Source of the DNA: Candidatus Coprovivens sp.
GTDB taxonomy: Bacteria; Bacillota_I; Bacilli_A; RF39; UBA660
Assembly (NCBI GenBank): GCA_051892935.1
Contig: JBJFGS010000011.1
Location: 1 to 64,000, forward strand
Reading direction: 5' to 3'
Length of the DNA: 64,000 bases
Shown here: positions 1 to 10,700 of the stretch, one piece after another
Position numbering within the stretch: position 1 is the stretch's first letter
How the letters are laid out: every line of letters begins with the position of its first letter
Made by a program: the position numbers and the translations under genes
The notes under the pieces: model-generated
Told to the model about the DNA's origin: nothing
Database searches by the model: none
Seen by the model: only the letters and a program-made list of their open reading frames with translations

Positions 1-526
1 GCATAGCATATTCAATTGGTTTAGTTATGCCTCCTTCTTTCCAAACATCTGTAAGCTTAAATCTGTCCACTATCCCATTAATCCTTGCCTTTATCCACTC
101 ATCTGTATAGCCTTTATTTCTATAATATTCTACGGCTCTATTAACTGCAAGTTCCGGATTAAAAACTTCATCTATTCTTTCGCTTCCTAAATTAGCAAGC
201 CATAATTTGAATGGTTCTGCTTTAGGACTTGGTACTGATTCAATTAGTCTTAATATTCCTTTGGTATCCAATACGTCCGTTTCACGATATTTTCCATCTT
301 TAGATTTCAATTTCAACTGTCGACATTTTGTCGATACTTCACTTTTTTCTTCATCTGACATTCTTGTTTTTAATCTATACCAATAATCATTAGGATTTTT
401 ACTATCAGTTAATGCATTAATTACATCAACAACACTAAAATAATATTCTTCTTCATCACTGTTCCAATGACTTCTTATTTCTTTTCCTTCAAATAAATTT
501 GAAATTGTTTCCAATTTATTGTTCAT
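1..526 (-). CDS. Bro-N domain (phage antirepressor-like) protein, partial; runs off the window start
   Basis: Not in the ORF track. Manual translation from ATG 526 (RBS AAGGAGAG): MNNKLETISNLFEGKEIRSHWNSDEEEYYFSVVDVINALTDSKNPNDYWYRLK...CRQLKLKSKDGKYRETD...LRLIESVPSPKAEPFKLWLA, the typical Bro-N family pattern. Confidence 0.85.
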   Translation of the reverse strand, partial: MNNKLETISNLFEGKEIRSHWNSDEEEYYFSVVDVINALTDSKNPNDYWYRLKTRMSDEEKSEVSTKCRQLKLKSKDGKYRETDVLDTKGILRLIESVPSPKAEPFKLWLANLGSERIDEVFNPELAVNRAVEYYRNKGYTDEWIKARINGIVDRFKLTDVWKEGGITKPIEYAM

Positions 527-970
527 AATTCACTCTCCTTTCTATAAATATTAATAGTGGGTTAACCGTCGTAATCACCTTCAATTTTCCTACCCTAAAA
601 TACCCATATTTTTATCAAAAATGATGATTTTTTAGTGTTTTTTCGTTTTTTGGATTAAAACAGGAAAGATCTATTTTCTCGCAAACCCTTATAAAATAAG
701 GATTTTTCAAAGGGGTTTATTAAATCGTAATCAATCAATTTATATTGTTTTCATTATTATTCATATAATCACTTCCTAATAAAGTATTTCTTCTAGAAAA
801 CATTATACCATAATATATCATCTTTTTTATGTGTTTATAAAGTGAAAAATAAAGTTTTTGACAAAGAAAAAAGTAGATTTTACATCTACGTTAGAAATTA
901 AGAAAATAAACTATATATGTAAAAAATATTACTCCCTTAATAAATATACTTTCAAATAAAACCAACACAA

Positions 971-2158
971 CTATTTTAATTCAATTCTTTTTTTTACTTC
1001 ACTTTTATAAGCCTCAACACCAGGTTGATTAAACGGATCTACTCTAAATAAATAAGCACTAAATGCAGCCGCCAACATAAAAAACGCACTCAATTTACCT
1101 ATATTTTCTAAAGATAATTCATCAATAGATATAACAATACTAGGAGTATTTCCATTAAAATGTGCAGTACAAACAGCATCAATCACTAAATTATTTATTT
1201 TATTCATAGAAATATCATCAACTTCTATATCACAAGTATTTTCTACTTTTAATACAGTTTCAAATAAAATAGGATTACCATCTTGAATAAACTGTCCCAA
1301 AGAATGTAAATCTCTTGTATTAACTGTTGAAACAGGAAAAATACCCTTACCACTTTTACCTTCAGATTCACCGAACAGCTGTTTAATCCATTCAGTATAA
1401 TAGTACAATTTTGGTTCATATATACTAAAGTTTTCTATATACTTTTTATTTTTGAATAATTCCACTCTCAAATTAGCATAATAATACGCATCATCTATTA
1501 ATAACAAGCCTTCTTTATATCCAAGAAGCATATCACTTATATCTAATCCCATAACAGAAATAGGCAAAAGATGAGCAGCAGTCATCAAACTATATCTACC
1601 ACCAATATCATCTGGAATAACAAATGAAGTATAACCTTTACTATTTACTTCTTCTCGTAATTTTCCCTTTAGCGAATCAGTAGTAACAATAATTCTATTT
1701 TTTAATTCTTCATCAGAATATTTTTTTGCTAATATTCCTTTTATTAATTTATAAATTAACTGAATCTCCATAGTATTACCAGATTTACTAATAACATTTA
1801 AAGATACTTCCTTATCTTTAATATAATCTAATACTTCTAATAAATAACTACTAGACAAATCTGTTCCTAAATAAATAACTTCAGTTTTATATTTCGTAAA
1901 AGTTTTTAAAAACATATTCTTAATAGCATAACTCCCCATAAAAGAACCACCTATGCCAATAACAATTAAAACATCACTATTATCCTGTATTCTTTTAGAA
2001 ACTTCTTTAATTCTTTTTATTTCATTATCTTCAATTATATGATTAACAAACCCCGCCATCTTATCCTTATATAATTTTTTTATAATTCTTGTTTTTTTTA
2101 TTTCATCTACATGAATAGTTTTATTCATATAAGTAGAAAAATCAAATTGAATCATCAT
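971..2158 (-). CDS. pgi: glucose-6-phosphate isomerase
   Basis: GIGGS, SKSG, IGGRYS, QLFGESEGK, DLHSLGQ and FNQPGVEAYK motifs; start moved to ATG 2158 after RBS GGAAGG. Confidence 0.95.
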   Translation of the reverse strand: MMIQFDFSTYMNKTIHVDEIKKTRIIKKLYKDKMAGFVNHIIEDNEIKRIKEVSKRIQDNSDVLIVIGIGGSFMGSYAIKNMFLKTFTKYKTEVIYLGTDLSSSYLLEVLDYIKDKEVSLNVISKSGNTMEIQLIYKLIKGILAKKYSDEELKNRIIVTTDSLKGKLREEVNSKGYTSFVIPDDIGGRYSLMTAAHLLPISVMGLDISDMLLGYKEGLLLIDDAYYYANLRVELFKNKKYIENFSIYEPKLYYYTEWIKQLFGESEGKSGKGIFPVSTVNTRDLHSLGQFIQDGNPILFETVLKVENTCDIEVDDISMNKINNLVIDAVCTAHFNGNTPSIVISIDELSLENIGKLSAFFMLAAAFSAYLFRVDPFNQPGVEAYKSEVKKRIELK

Positions 2159-2288
2159 AACACCTTCCATAAAAAAATTATATCATATACTCTTTTATAC
2201 ATAAAGTTTCTAAAACGAAAGAAAACATCCAAACATATATAATCAATCATGTAGCTCTTATAATCATAGAATTTTATTTATTTTCAAC

Positions 2289-2316
2289 AAAAAAGCAAAC
2301 CACCTCAGTGATCCGC
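2289..2316 (-). terminator. rho-independent terminator
   Basis: GCGGATCAC-TGAG-GTGGTTTGC hairpin (G-U pairs) followed by T6 on the minus strand, downstream of 2337..2738. Confidence 0.6.
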
Positions 2317-2336
2317 CATACTAATTATTTTATAAA

Positions 2337-2738
2337 TTACTCGTAAAACGAACAATTATTATCTTTCCATAAATTATAAAATTCTGAAGCTGTTGACCAA
2401 TCTAAACCATATTTTTCGTATAAATTACAATCTGTAATATCTTCTATTGCTAAAGCAGAAAGATAAGCATTTATTCCCAACAACTCACCATTCTTATACA
2501 TACTCTCTAACACAGAAACTGCATCTTTACCCAAAGATACAATATTATTATAATATTCATTATTAGTATAATCAAAAGGATTAGATGATGTTACATCAGA
2601 TACTTCCAATATCATATTCAAATTTTTTGAAATCTCTTTTTCTATTTGTTCATCACCTAAATAATTAGAATCTACTTTTTGATTATTAGAACAACCACAT
2701 AAAACAAAAATAACATATATAAATAATAGTTTCTTCAT
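2337..2738 (-). CDS. hypothetical lipoprotein
   Basis: MKK + hydrophobic stretch + lipobox LCGC. Confidence 0.7.
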   Translation of the reverse strand: MKKLLFIYVIFVLCGCSNNQKVDSNYLGDEQIEKEISKNLNMILEVSDVTSSNPFDYTNNEYYNNIVSLGKDAVSVLESMYKNGELLGINAYLSALAIEDITDCNLYEKYGLDWSTASEFYNLWKDNNCSFYE

Positions 2739-2770
2739 AATGTAACTCCTAAATAATAAACAACAATAAT

Positions 2771-3034
2771 TTAATTTTTAACTATAAAATAACCATTTTT
2801 AAATATACTTTCTATTTGACAATTATTATCTATTAAGTACTGTATTACAGCCCCTGCAACAGCGGATAATAATATTTTGGCATTTATCGATAAACCATTA
2901 ATCATTTCTATTTGATCAGCAGCCATTTTATTAAGTAAAAACTTTTTTCCTTTTAACTCTCCAAAATATTCTGATAAAGACCACTCAATTTGAAAATTCT
3001 TATTATCTACTATTATTTCTATAATTTGTGACAT
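2771..3034 (-). CDS. hypothetical protein
   Basis: 87-aa ORF with RBS, tightly packed with neighbours. Confidence 0.6.
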   Translation of the reverse strand: MSQIIEIIVDNKNFQIEWSLSEYFGELKGKKFLLNKMAADQIEMINGLSINAKILLSAVAGAVIQYLIDNNCQIESIFKNGYFIVKN

Positions 3035-3059
3035 CCTACCATCTCCTACAATCTATTAT

Positions 3060-3314
3060 CTATTTATTTTTTTCGTAAAAATCTTTTAAACTTTTTTTGT
3101 CACTAAAAGACAAATTATGCCATCTAATATTTTGTATAGCACCTTCTAAAGCCATCAATCTATTAATGCAAGCACTACTATCGATTTTTTTGATTTTCAA
3201 CCACGCCTCTTTACTTCCTATACCAACCAAATCATCATAATTTTTTATGCTAACTTCATTTAACTGTTTTTCTAATTTTTCACCTATATTAGGTAATTTA
3301 CATAATTCTCCCAT
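3060..3314 (-). CDS. TfoX/Sxy C-terminal domain protein
   Basis: LPNIGEKLEKQL...GSKEAWLKI...LMALEGAIQNIRWHNL matches the TfoX_C pattern. Confidence 0.85.
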   Translation of the reverse strand: MGELCKLPNIGEKLEKQLNEVSIKNYDDLVGIGSKEAWLKIKKIDSSACINRLMALEGAIQNIRWHNLSFSDKKSLKDFYEKNK

Positions 3315-3358
3315 ATTAATCTCCTTTAATTAATTATAACAAAATAACGAATTACCAT

Positions 3359-6300
3359 CTATTTTATATATCTTATTAATAAGATAACAAATATAACAGA
3401 AAGAATAATAAAAATAATTATGAATACGACAATAAAACAAATTTTTTCAAAATCAAATTTTGCTTTAACATAACTCTTATTATCTTCATTTACTTCAAAA
3501 TCATTTACTAATTCCAAAGGTTTTGAAATTACATTAACAAAAAAACTAGTTGTAATTCCTCCATACGAAACAAAAACTTCATTTTTACCTTCTGTATTAA
3601 AAGTAGTTCCATTAACAATATTAATATCATATCCAGAGGAAATAACTTCTCTAGTACTATCCTGGTAAGTAACAATCAAAACTACAGAATTACTATCTAA
3701 AACATCTCCAACATAATATTGATCTTTTAATAAAGCTTCATTAACTTCAATATCTATTATTTCAGAAACATTTATATTAAAAGACACCTGCTTATTATTA
3801 TAAAAAACTACAACATCTATATTTCCACAATCACTTAAAACATTTCCTTCTTCTATAGATGTTGTATACCCAGAAGTAATATCAATTCTATTATTATATA
3901 AATCTATATACTGTAAACGAAGACCATCTAAAGAAAAAGTTTCACCAACTAAATAATTTACTTTTAAAGGATTTGAAATAATAATAAGACTATCATTTTT
4001 TATATCAACAACTTCTATATTAAACGAAGTTTTTACATTATTATAAGTAACATTAACAGTTTTAATTCCAACTTCATTTAATATTAAACCATCATCTAAA
4101 GAAAGTTCAAATCCATCTGTTACTTTTTCTACAAAACCAGAATTTTTATGATCTAAAATAATTAGTCCTTCACTCGAAAAAGAATCTCCCACATAATATG
4201 TTGTTCTATAAGGTAATTGATTAATTGTAATTGAAGAAGTCTTTACATCCTTAACCTCTACATCAAAAGAAACAGATTTTGAAGCAAAAGAAACAGTAAC
4301 TTTCTGATAACCAGAATTTTCAAATATAGTATTACTAACTATATATCCATCTGTTACATCCTTTATAGAACCATCATCATACATAGCACTTAAAACTAAA
4401 CCAGTCGTATCTAAAAAATCTCCTACATAATATGATGTTTTTTTGGGCAAGTTTTTAATACTTAAAGATTTAATCTCTGCTTTTAAAACATTAACTTCAA
4501 ACGATTTACTTTTTCCGCCATAAGTAACAACTACATTTTGTCTACCAGAAGTAGAAAAACTAGTAGGTGAAACTGAAAAACCAGATGAAACATCTTTAAC
4601 AACACCATTATTATATTCAACAGTTAAAATCATTCCACTTGTATTTATAGTATCTCCAATATAATAGTTTAATTTAGTCGGTTTATTCTTAATAGAAATT
4701 GATGAAACTTCTATCTTTTTAACCATTACAGAAAAAGAAGTTTTCTTATTATTATAAGCAACTGTAATATTTTGAGTACCAGCAGAAGATAAAGTTGTTG
4801 GAGAAATAGTATAACCACTACTTATTTCTTCGAAATTATTATCAGTATAAATAGCATTTAAAACTAAACCGCTTGTATTTACTTTATCTCCAACGAAATA
4901 AGTTAATTTATTAGGTTCTTTCTTTATTTCAATACTAGATAAATTAGCTTTCCAATTAGCAGTATAAACAAGATTACCAACAGTACCAGTCTTTATCTTT
5001 ACAGTTTTAGTAGGTGTTGAACCATTACTTCCAGTCCAACCAACAAATGTATAACCAGTTCTTGTTGGAGTACTCAAAGTTATAGTAGATGATGTAGATT
5101 TATAAGAAGTAACATTTGAAGTTGTTCCACCAAATAAATTATAAGTAATTTTATAAACAGAACTAGAAAGATTATGATAACGATATAGAAAAATAGCCAC
5201 CTCATTTTTCGTAATATCATCATTTGGTGAAAAAGAATTACTTGTACTCCCCTTTACAATTCCAACATTATATCCCCAAAGAACAGCTTTGTAAAAATAA
5301 TCACTTGATGAAACATCATTAAAAGGTAAAGTTCCTGATACAGAAGGCGTATTAGCTAAACGATAAAGCATCACTATAAATTGCCCCCTAGTACAATTAC
5401 TAGCTGGATTAAACTTTGTATCTCCAAAAATAATACCTTTTTTATAAGCCCATATAATACTATCCAAATCTCCACTATATTGTGTTGATCCTAAATCAGT
5501 AAAACCAATTGTATTTTTTATATAACTTTGATTATTAGCAATTTCAGAAGTCGTACTACTAATGGAAACCTTTTCTACATTACTATTCCATAAATTATTA
5601 TAATTCCATAAAGATTTTACTACATCAAATCTTGTAATCGTATTGTTAGGTTTAAAAGACGTTTGTGAAACCAAAGGAAGAACACCATTATTAATAGCCC
5701 ACGCATCTATAGTAGTATTACTGCTAATATCACTAACATAACTAGCAAAAGAAGCATTAGCTATATGATAATCTTTAGCATATTTAGAAAAATAAATAGG
5801 TAAAGTATTAACAGAAGATGTACCTGATGTACTTTTAACGTTTTCATAAGTAACATTATAAGGTTTTAAACCACCAAAATCATAAGTATTTCCACCAGCA
5901 CTAGAATTAGCTACTACAAAACCATTTGATGAAGTAGCTAAATAATAATTGGGACTAAATCTTGCTTGGTGCTCAAAAAAGAAACCAAATTTTTTATTAT
6001 TATTAGCAATCGAATTAGAAATAATAATCGATTCATCATTTGAATATCCCGTTCCTATACCAAAGCCAGATGCTCCCTCTTGACTAGTTGTAGCAGCTTT
6101 TCCACAATTAATAGCTTGACAATTAGTAATAGTAGAATTAATTGGGCAATCAACACCAAATCCAGTAGCATCAACATTTTTAACAATAATATTATTCCAG
6201 TCACAATCCTTAAAAAGATTAATCATAAATCCTTTTCCAGTAGTATTATAAGTTCCACCTTTTACAGACGAACCATCAATAATAAAATCAGAAAAATCAG

Positions 6301-6904
6301 CATTAATAAGATAAACAGTTTGATTCTTTAAAGTTTGTACATTACCATTCATATCAATATAACTAACATTTTTTTTCGTCGAAGTAGTTACACTTCCATC
6401 ATTATTATAATTAGTATCAGCATAGTTATTAAAATAAAACATATCCATACTGCCTTTTCCACTAGAAGAATAAACTGGTTTTAAAATAGTCATCAAACTA
6501 CCACTAGTTCCAACACCTTTTATATGAACATTATTACGACATCTAATAGCATATGCTTCACCAGGATTTCCATGATTTGCAGTACCTCCCTGCGCAAAAT
6601 AAAAAGTACCGGCAGGTAAATAAACAATACCTCCACCGCTTTCTGATACTTTATCAATAGCTTTCTGCAAATTCTTTGTATTAGTCTGAGCACTAGTATT
6701 ATCACTTTTATTTGGAATCAAATCAACACCACTAACCAAAGTTACATCAATTTTACCACTTACAGCAGTTAAAGTAATTACTTCACTATTAGTAGAATTA
6801 CTATAAGTAAATGATTTAAAACTAAATATATTTATTAAAGAAAATAAAACAACAAATAACAAAAAATAATACTTTGTATTTTGACAAAATAATAACTTTC
6901 TCAT
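3359..6904 (-). CDS. multidomain surface protein: pectin-lyase-like beta-helix, SLH repeats, InlB B-repeat, about six Ig-like (Big_3-type) repeats, C-terminal TM
   Basis: LQKAID..GGGIVYLPAGTF (beta-helix cap); FKPNNTITR, FNPASNCTRGQ, FSPNDDITKNE (SLH); PTRTGYTFVGW (B-repeat); repeated PxKxxYxVGD..xxGL; hydrophobic tail. Start moved to ATG 6904. Confidence 0.8.
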   Translation of the reverse strand: MRKLLFCQNTKYYFLLFVVLFSLINIFSFKSFTYSNSTNSEVITLTAVSGKIDVTLVSGVDLIPNKSDNTSAQTNTKNLQKAIDKVSESGGGIVYLPAGTFYFAQGGTANHGNPGEAYAIRCRNNVHIKGVGTSGSLMTILKPVYSSSGKGSMDMFYFNNYADTNYNNDGSVTTSTKKNVSYIDMNGNVQTLKNQTVYLINADFSDFIIDGSSVKGGTYNTTGKGFMINLFKDCDWNNIIVKNVDATGFGVDCPINSTITNCQAINCGKAATTSQEGASGFGIGTGYSNDESIIISNSIANNNKKFGFFFEHQARFSPNYYLATSSNGFVVANSSAGGNTYDFGGLKPYNVTYENVKSTSGTSSVNTLPIYFSKYAKDYHIANASFASYVSDISSNTTIDAWAINNGVLPLVSQTSFKPNNTITRFDVVKSLWNYNNLWNSNVEKVSISSTTSEIANNQSYIKNTIGFTDLGSTQYSGDLDSIIWAYKKGIIFGDTKFNPASNCTRGQFIVMLYRLANTPSVSGTLPFNDVSSSDYFYKAVLWGYNVGIVKGSTSNSFSPNDDITKNEVAIFLYRYHNLSSSVYKITYNLFGGTTSNVTSYKSTSSTITLSTPTRTGYTFVGWTGSNGSTPTKTVKIKTGTVGNLVYTANWKANLSSIEIKKEPNKLTYFVGDKVNTSGLVLNAIYTDNNFEEISSGYTISPTTLSSAGTQNITVAYNNKKTSFSVMVKKIEVSSISIKNKPTKLNYYIGDTINTSGMILTVEYNNGVVKDVSSGFSVSPTSFSTSGRQNVVVTYGGKSKSFEVNVLKAEIKSLSIKNLPKKTSYYVGDFLDTTGLVLSAMYDDGSIKDVTDGYIVSNTIFENSGYQKVTVSFASKSVSFDVEVKDVKTSSITINQLPYRTTYYVGDSFSSEGLIILDHKNSGFVEKVTDGFELSLDDGLILNEVGIKTVNVTYNNVKTSFNIEVVDIKNDSLIIISNPLKVNYLVGETFSLDGLRLQYIDLYNNRIDITSGYTTSIEEGNVLSDCGNIDVVVFYNNKQVSFNINVSEIIDIEVNEALLKDQYYVGDVLDSNSVVLIVTYQDSTREVISSGYDINIVNGTTFNTEGKNEVFVSYGGITTSFFVNVISKPLELVNDFEVNEDNKSYVKAKFDFEKICFIVVFIIIFIILSVIFVILLIRYIK

Positions 6905-6992
6905 ACAAACACCTACTCTATAATAAAATATTATCACTAAATAATAAAAAAGCCAATGAACAAACATCAGCTTTTATCAATTTAACTAAAAA

Positions 6993-7784
6993 CTAACTAT
7001 TAATCAACAATTTATTGTTAACTAATACAATAGTCAAAGTAATATCATCAAGTTTTTCTCCAAACTTTAATACATTATTACTATTTATATATTTTTTAAA
7101 AATAACTTCCTTTTCTTTTCCCGTTAAATAATTAGAAATATCAGTAGTATCAACTTTTTTATCTTCTATTTTTTCTTTTTCTTCTAAAGATTCCACTTCA
7201 TTCTTTTCATTTTCAAGTTGATTATTATTATTTTCAAAATATTCTAACACTTTATAAGGATCAGATATAACATATTTATTATAAGTAAGAATATATACAT
7301 CATCACTATTCTTTTTTATATTAGATAATATATATTTATATATTTTTTTATGTGATATTTCTTCATAAGATAGTTTATTATTTATAATAGTATATTTATT
7401 CTCTTGTGAATCTATAGAAATATTTTTATCAACCATATAAAGAGTAACACCATACTTATTTATTTGCTCTTCCGTAATATTTTCATTAAAAACATTATTT
7501 ATTTTATCAGCTATCTCTTTATAAGATAATGTACACATATTATCCAAATCACATGAAGATTTTAATACATAAACAATATATTTCTCTAACTTATCCCCAT
7601 CATATTCAATATATTCTAAAAAATTTTCAATATTAGAACTAATCTCTTTTATTTTTAATTCTTCTAACTTGGATATCTTTTTAGAATTAAACTGAATTGT
7701 AATAACAACACTAGCAGCAATAATAATTATTACTGCTAGTATCATTAATATTTTATTTTTATTATTTATTAAAAAATCTTTCAT
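6993..7784 (-). CDS. hypothetical membrane-anchored protein
   Basis: N-terminal TM; RBS AGGAGG; 11 bp downstream of the giant adhesin gene. Confidence 0.7.
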   Translation of the reverse strand: MKDFLINNKNKILMILAVIIIIAASVVITIQFNSKKISKLEELKIKEISSNIENFLEYIEYDGDKLEKYIVYVLKSSCDLDNMCTLSYKEIADKINNVFNENITEEQINKYGVTLYMVDKNISIDSQENKYTIINNKLSYEEISHKKIYKYILSNIKKNSDDVYILTYNKYVISDPYKVLEYFENNNNQLENEKNEVESLEEKEKIEDKKVDTTDISNYLTGKEKEVIFKKYINSNNVLKFGEKLDDITLTIVLVNNKLLINS

Positions 7785-7795
7785 AAAACCTCCTG

Positions 7796-10700
7796 TTATT
7801 TCATATATTCAAGAATAGTATATTCATATCCAGTATCAGAATCTTTATAGAATGTAACTTCATAATTATATTCAACTTGTGAAGTAATATCTGGTTTAGC
7901 ATTAGTAGAACCAGTTATAATACCATCATAGTAATTAAAGTAACCCTTTTCTTTTTTAACTCCTATACCTTTAGTAGTACCTACAGCCGTAATACTAGGA
8001 TCGGTAATAGACACATTAGCTCTACTAGTACCATAAGTAGGATCACTTGGTTCTGTTTCAACACCTATAGTAACATTACCATCTTTCATATAAATACCAT
8101 AACTATTAGTAGCATTATTAGCTATTATACTTCCTGATTCCATTACAACCTTAGATGATGCATTATAATTATAAACACCATATGCTGTAGCAACATTATT
8201 AACTTTAATTGCACTATCAGATAAGAACACATTCCCTCCTTCATTAAATACACCAACATCTACGCCACTCGTTGTTAAATTTCCTATAGTTAACATTGTA
8301 TTATTAAGTTCTAAATTAGAATAATTATGAATAGAATGTGTTTCATAACTATAATTACTAGTTCTAGTAGTAATAATAGTACAATCATTAACAATCATAG
8401 TTCCACTATTACTAATCATCACCCATAGACTAGTCTTCGTAGTTGTACCACTAATATCCAATTCCGTAAAATTAATTGTTCCATAATTATAAATATAGCC
8501 TTCCACACTTCCTATACTATGAGATATTTTACCTAGAGAATTATTATTTGATAAAGTTCCTTTAATAATTACATTTTCCAAATTATAAACAGAAAGATTA
8601 GTATTGTATAAAGCAGTACCACTTGATATAACTGAAACATTTTTTACAACAGACTCTCTTACACCATTATCATATATTGCATATGTACTACCATTTATTG
8701 TTCCACTATCAATATTCATATTTCCTTTATTAGTAATAGCAGTATTAGTTGCATTAATATTTACATTATTTAAAAATAAATACCCTTCTAAATTATTTAC
8801 ACCATAAACAGAATCAATATTACTATTTTCAATATTTAAATTAGCATTAGCATTATTTTTAAATATATAATAACTACTAAATTGATCAAAATCTATACTA
8901 TTAATATACAAATTACCATTATTAACAAAAGAAGAATTTTCACCTGTTTTAATAATCTTAGATTGCTTCTCAGAAGTATTATTAATAGTAAGTCTTCCGT
9001 TATTGGTAAATATATGAGCACCAAGATTTAATATATAACCATCTAAATCAATTATTATATCCTTAGATAAATCAACTGAAATATTTTCATATATCTGAAC
9101 ATTATCTAAAAAGACTATTTTTTCACCATTATTTGCTTCAGAAATAGCATCAGTCAATTGTTTATATTTTACACCAGTAGTTTTATTCATAAATAAATCA
9201 GATACAGCACTTATATATGCAATTTCAAAAACATAATCATTAATGATTTCTGTTCCACTTGCTACCTTCATATCAGTTGGAATTGTAGTAATAGCACCTT
9301 TATAAGCATTAGTTTTTCCTTTTAAAATACCATCATAAAAATTTACTACTCCAGCATTAACATTTAATCCATAAGTTTCTCCAATAATAACTGGAACATC
9401 ATTTTTAATTGTTAAGTTATTTTCGCCAAGAGTCAAAGTATTAGTTGTTGAATTTGAATAAATTCCATTTGCTTCGCTAGATATTATTTCAGCATTATTA
9501 ATAGTTATCCTACTATATTCATCTAAATAAATACCAGTTTTTTGAGAATTTATAATAGTCTTGTTATCTGCATCTCCAATCTTAGCATTAACATAATAAA
9601 TAGATGAAGAAGTATAATAATATCCATCCAAATATACACCATAATTACCTGCAGTTAAAGTTCCACCTATAATATTTACTGACCTTGATGAACGATTATT
9701 TAAAGAACAATAAAAAGCATCAGTTTGAGAAATAATATCAGTATTTAATAAATTTACATTACTAAGAGAGGAATAGATTCCAGTTGAATCAGAAATTATA
9801 TTACTATCATCAGAAGCAATTGTACCATAGTAATGATAAATTCCTGTACCAGAAGAATTAATAGTCGTTTTATAAATATCAGATAAAACATTTGCATTAG
9901 TAGTATTTGAATAAATTCCATATGCATATTTCTTATAGCTATTACAATTAGTTGCATCACATGTACGAGTAGCAGTAACACTACTTTCACTCATATTAAG
10001 AGTTAAATTATTAAGAATGCCATATGCATAGTAACTTGAGTTAACAGAAGTATCAACTATTATGTTACTATTATTAACATTGAAAAGTCCAACATTATAT
10101 ATACCATAAGCATCATCACCTGTTGAAGAAACTTCTAAATCAGTATTGTTCATTTCAACAGTACCAGCATTATTATATATTCCATATGAAACTCCAGAAT
10201 ATTTGTTCTTTATAATACTATTATTTATTATTAGATTTGCATCAACACCACTATTACTAATTACATAATAATTAGTACTTGATTCATAGAATCCATTATC
10301 AATTATCATTTCAGAATAATTTTTAAAAATGTTTGATTTCGTATTAAAAATCTTACCAGTCTTTTCAGTACTGCTATCTTTAACAATTAATGTACCATTA
10401 TTAATAATACTCTGAGTAGTATTTAAAGTAAAACCATTCAAATCTAAAGTAATTATTTTATCATTCGGAATAGTTGCAGCTGAACCAACACTAGCAGTTT
10501 TTATAACTTTAATGGTTCCTTCACTTTCAATATTTCTTATGGCAATATCAAAAGAATTATATTCAACACCATCAACTTCCAAGAAAGCATCCTGTTCATC
10601 AATATATTTACATTCGTAGTCATAATCATCAATAGCTTTATAAATAGTTTTAATAACAGTAGCTTCAGGTATAGAAGTAACAGATCCCAAAAAAGCATTT

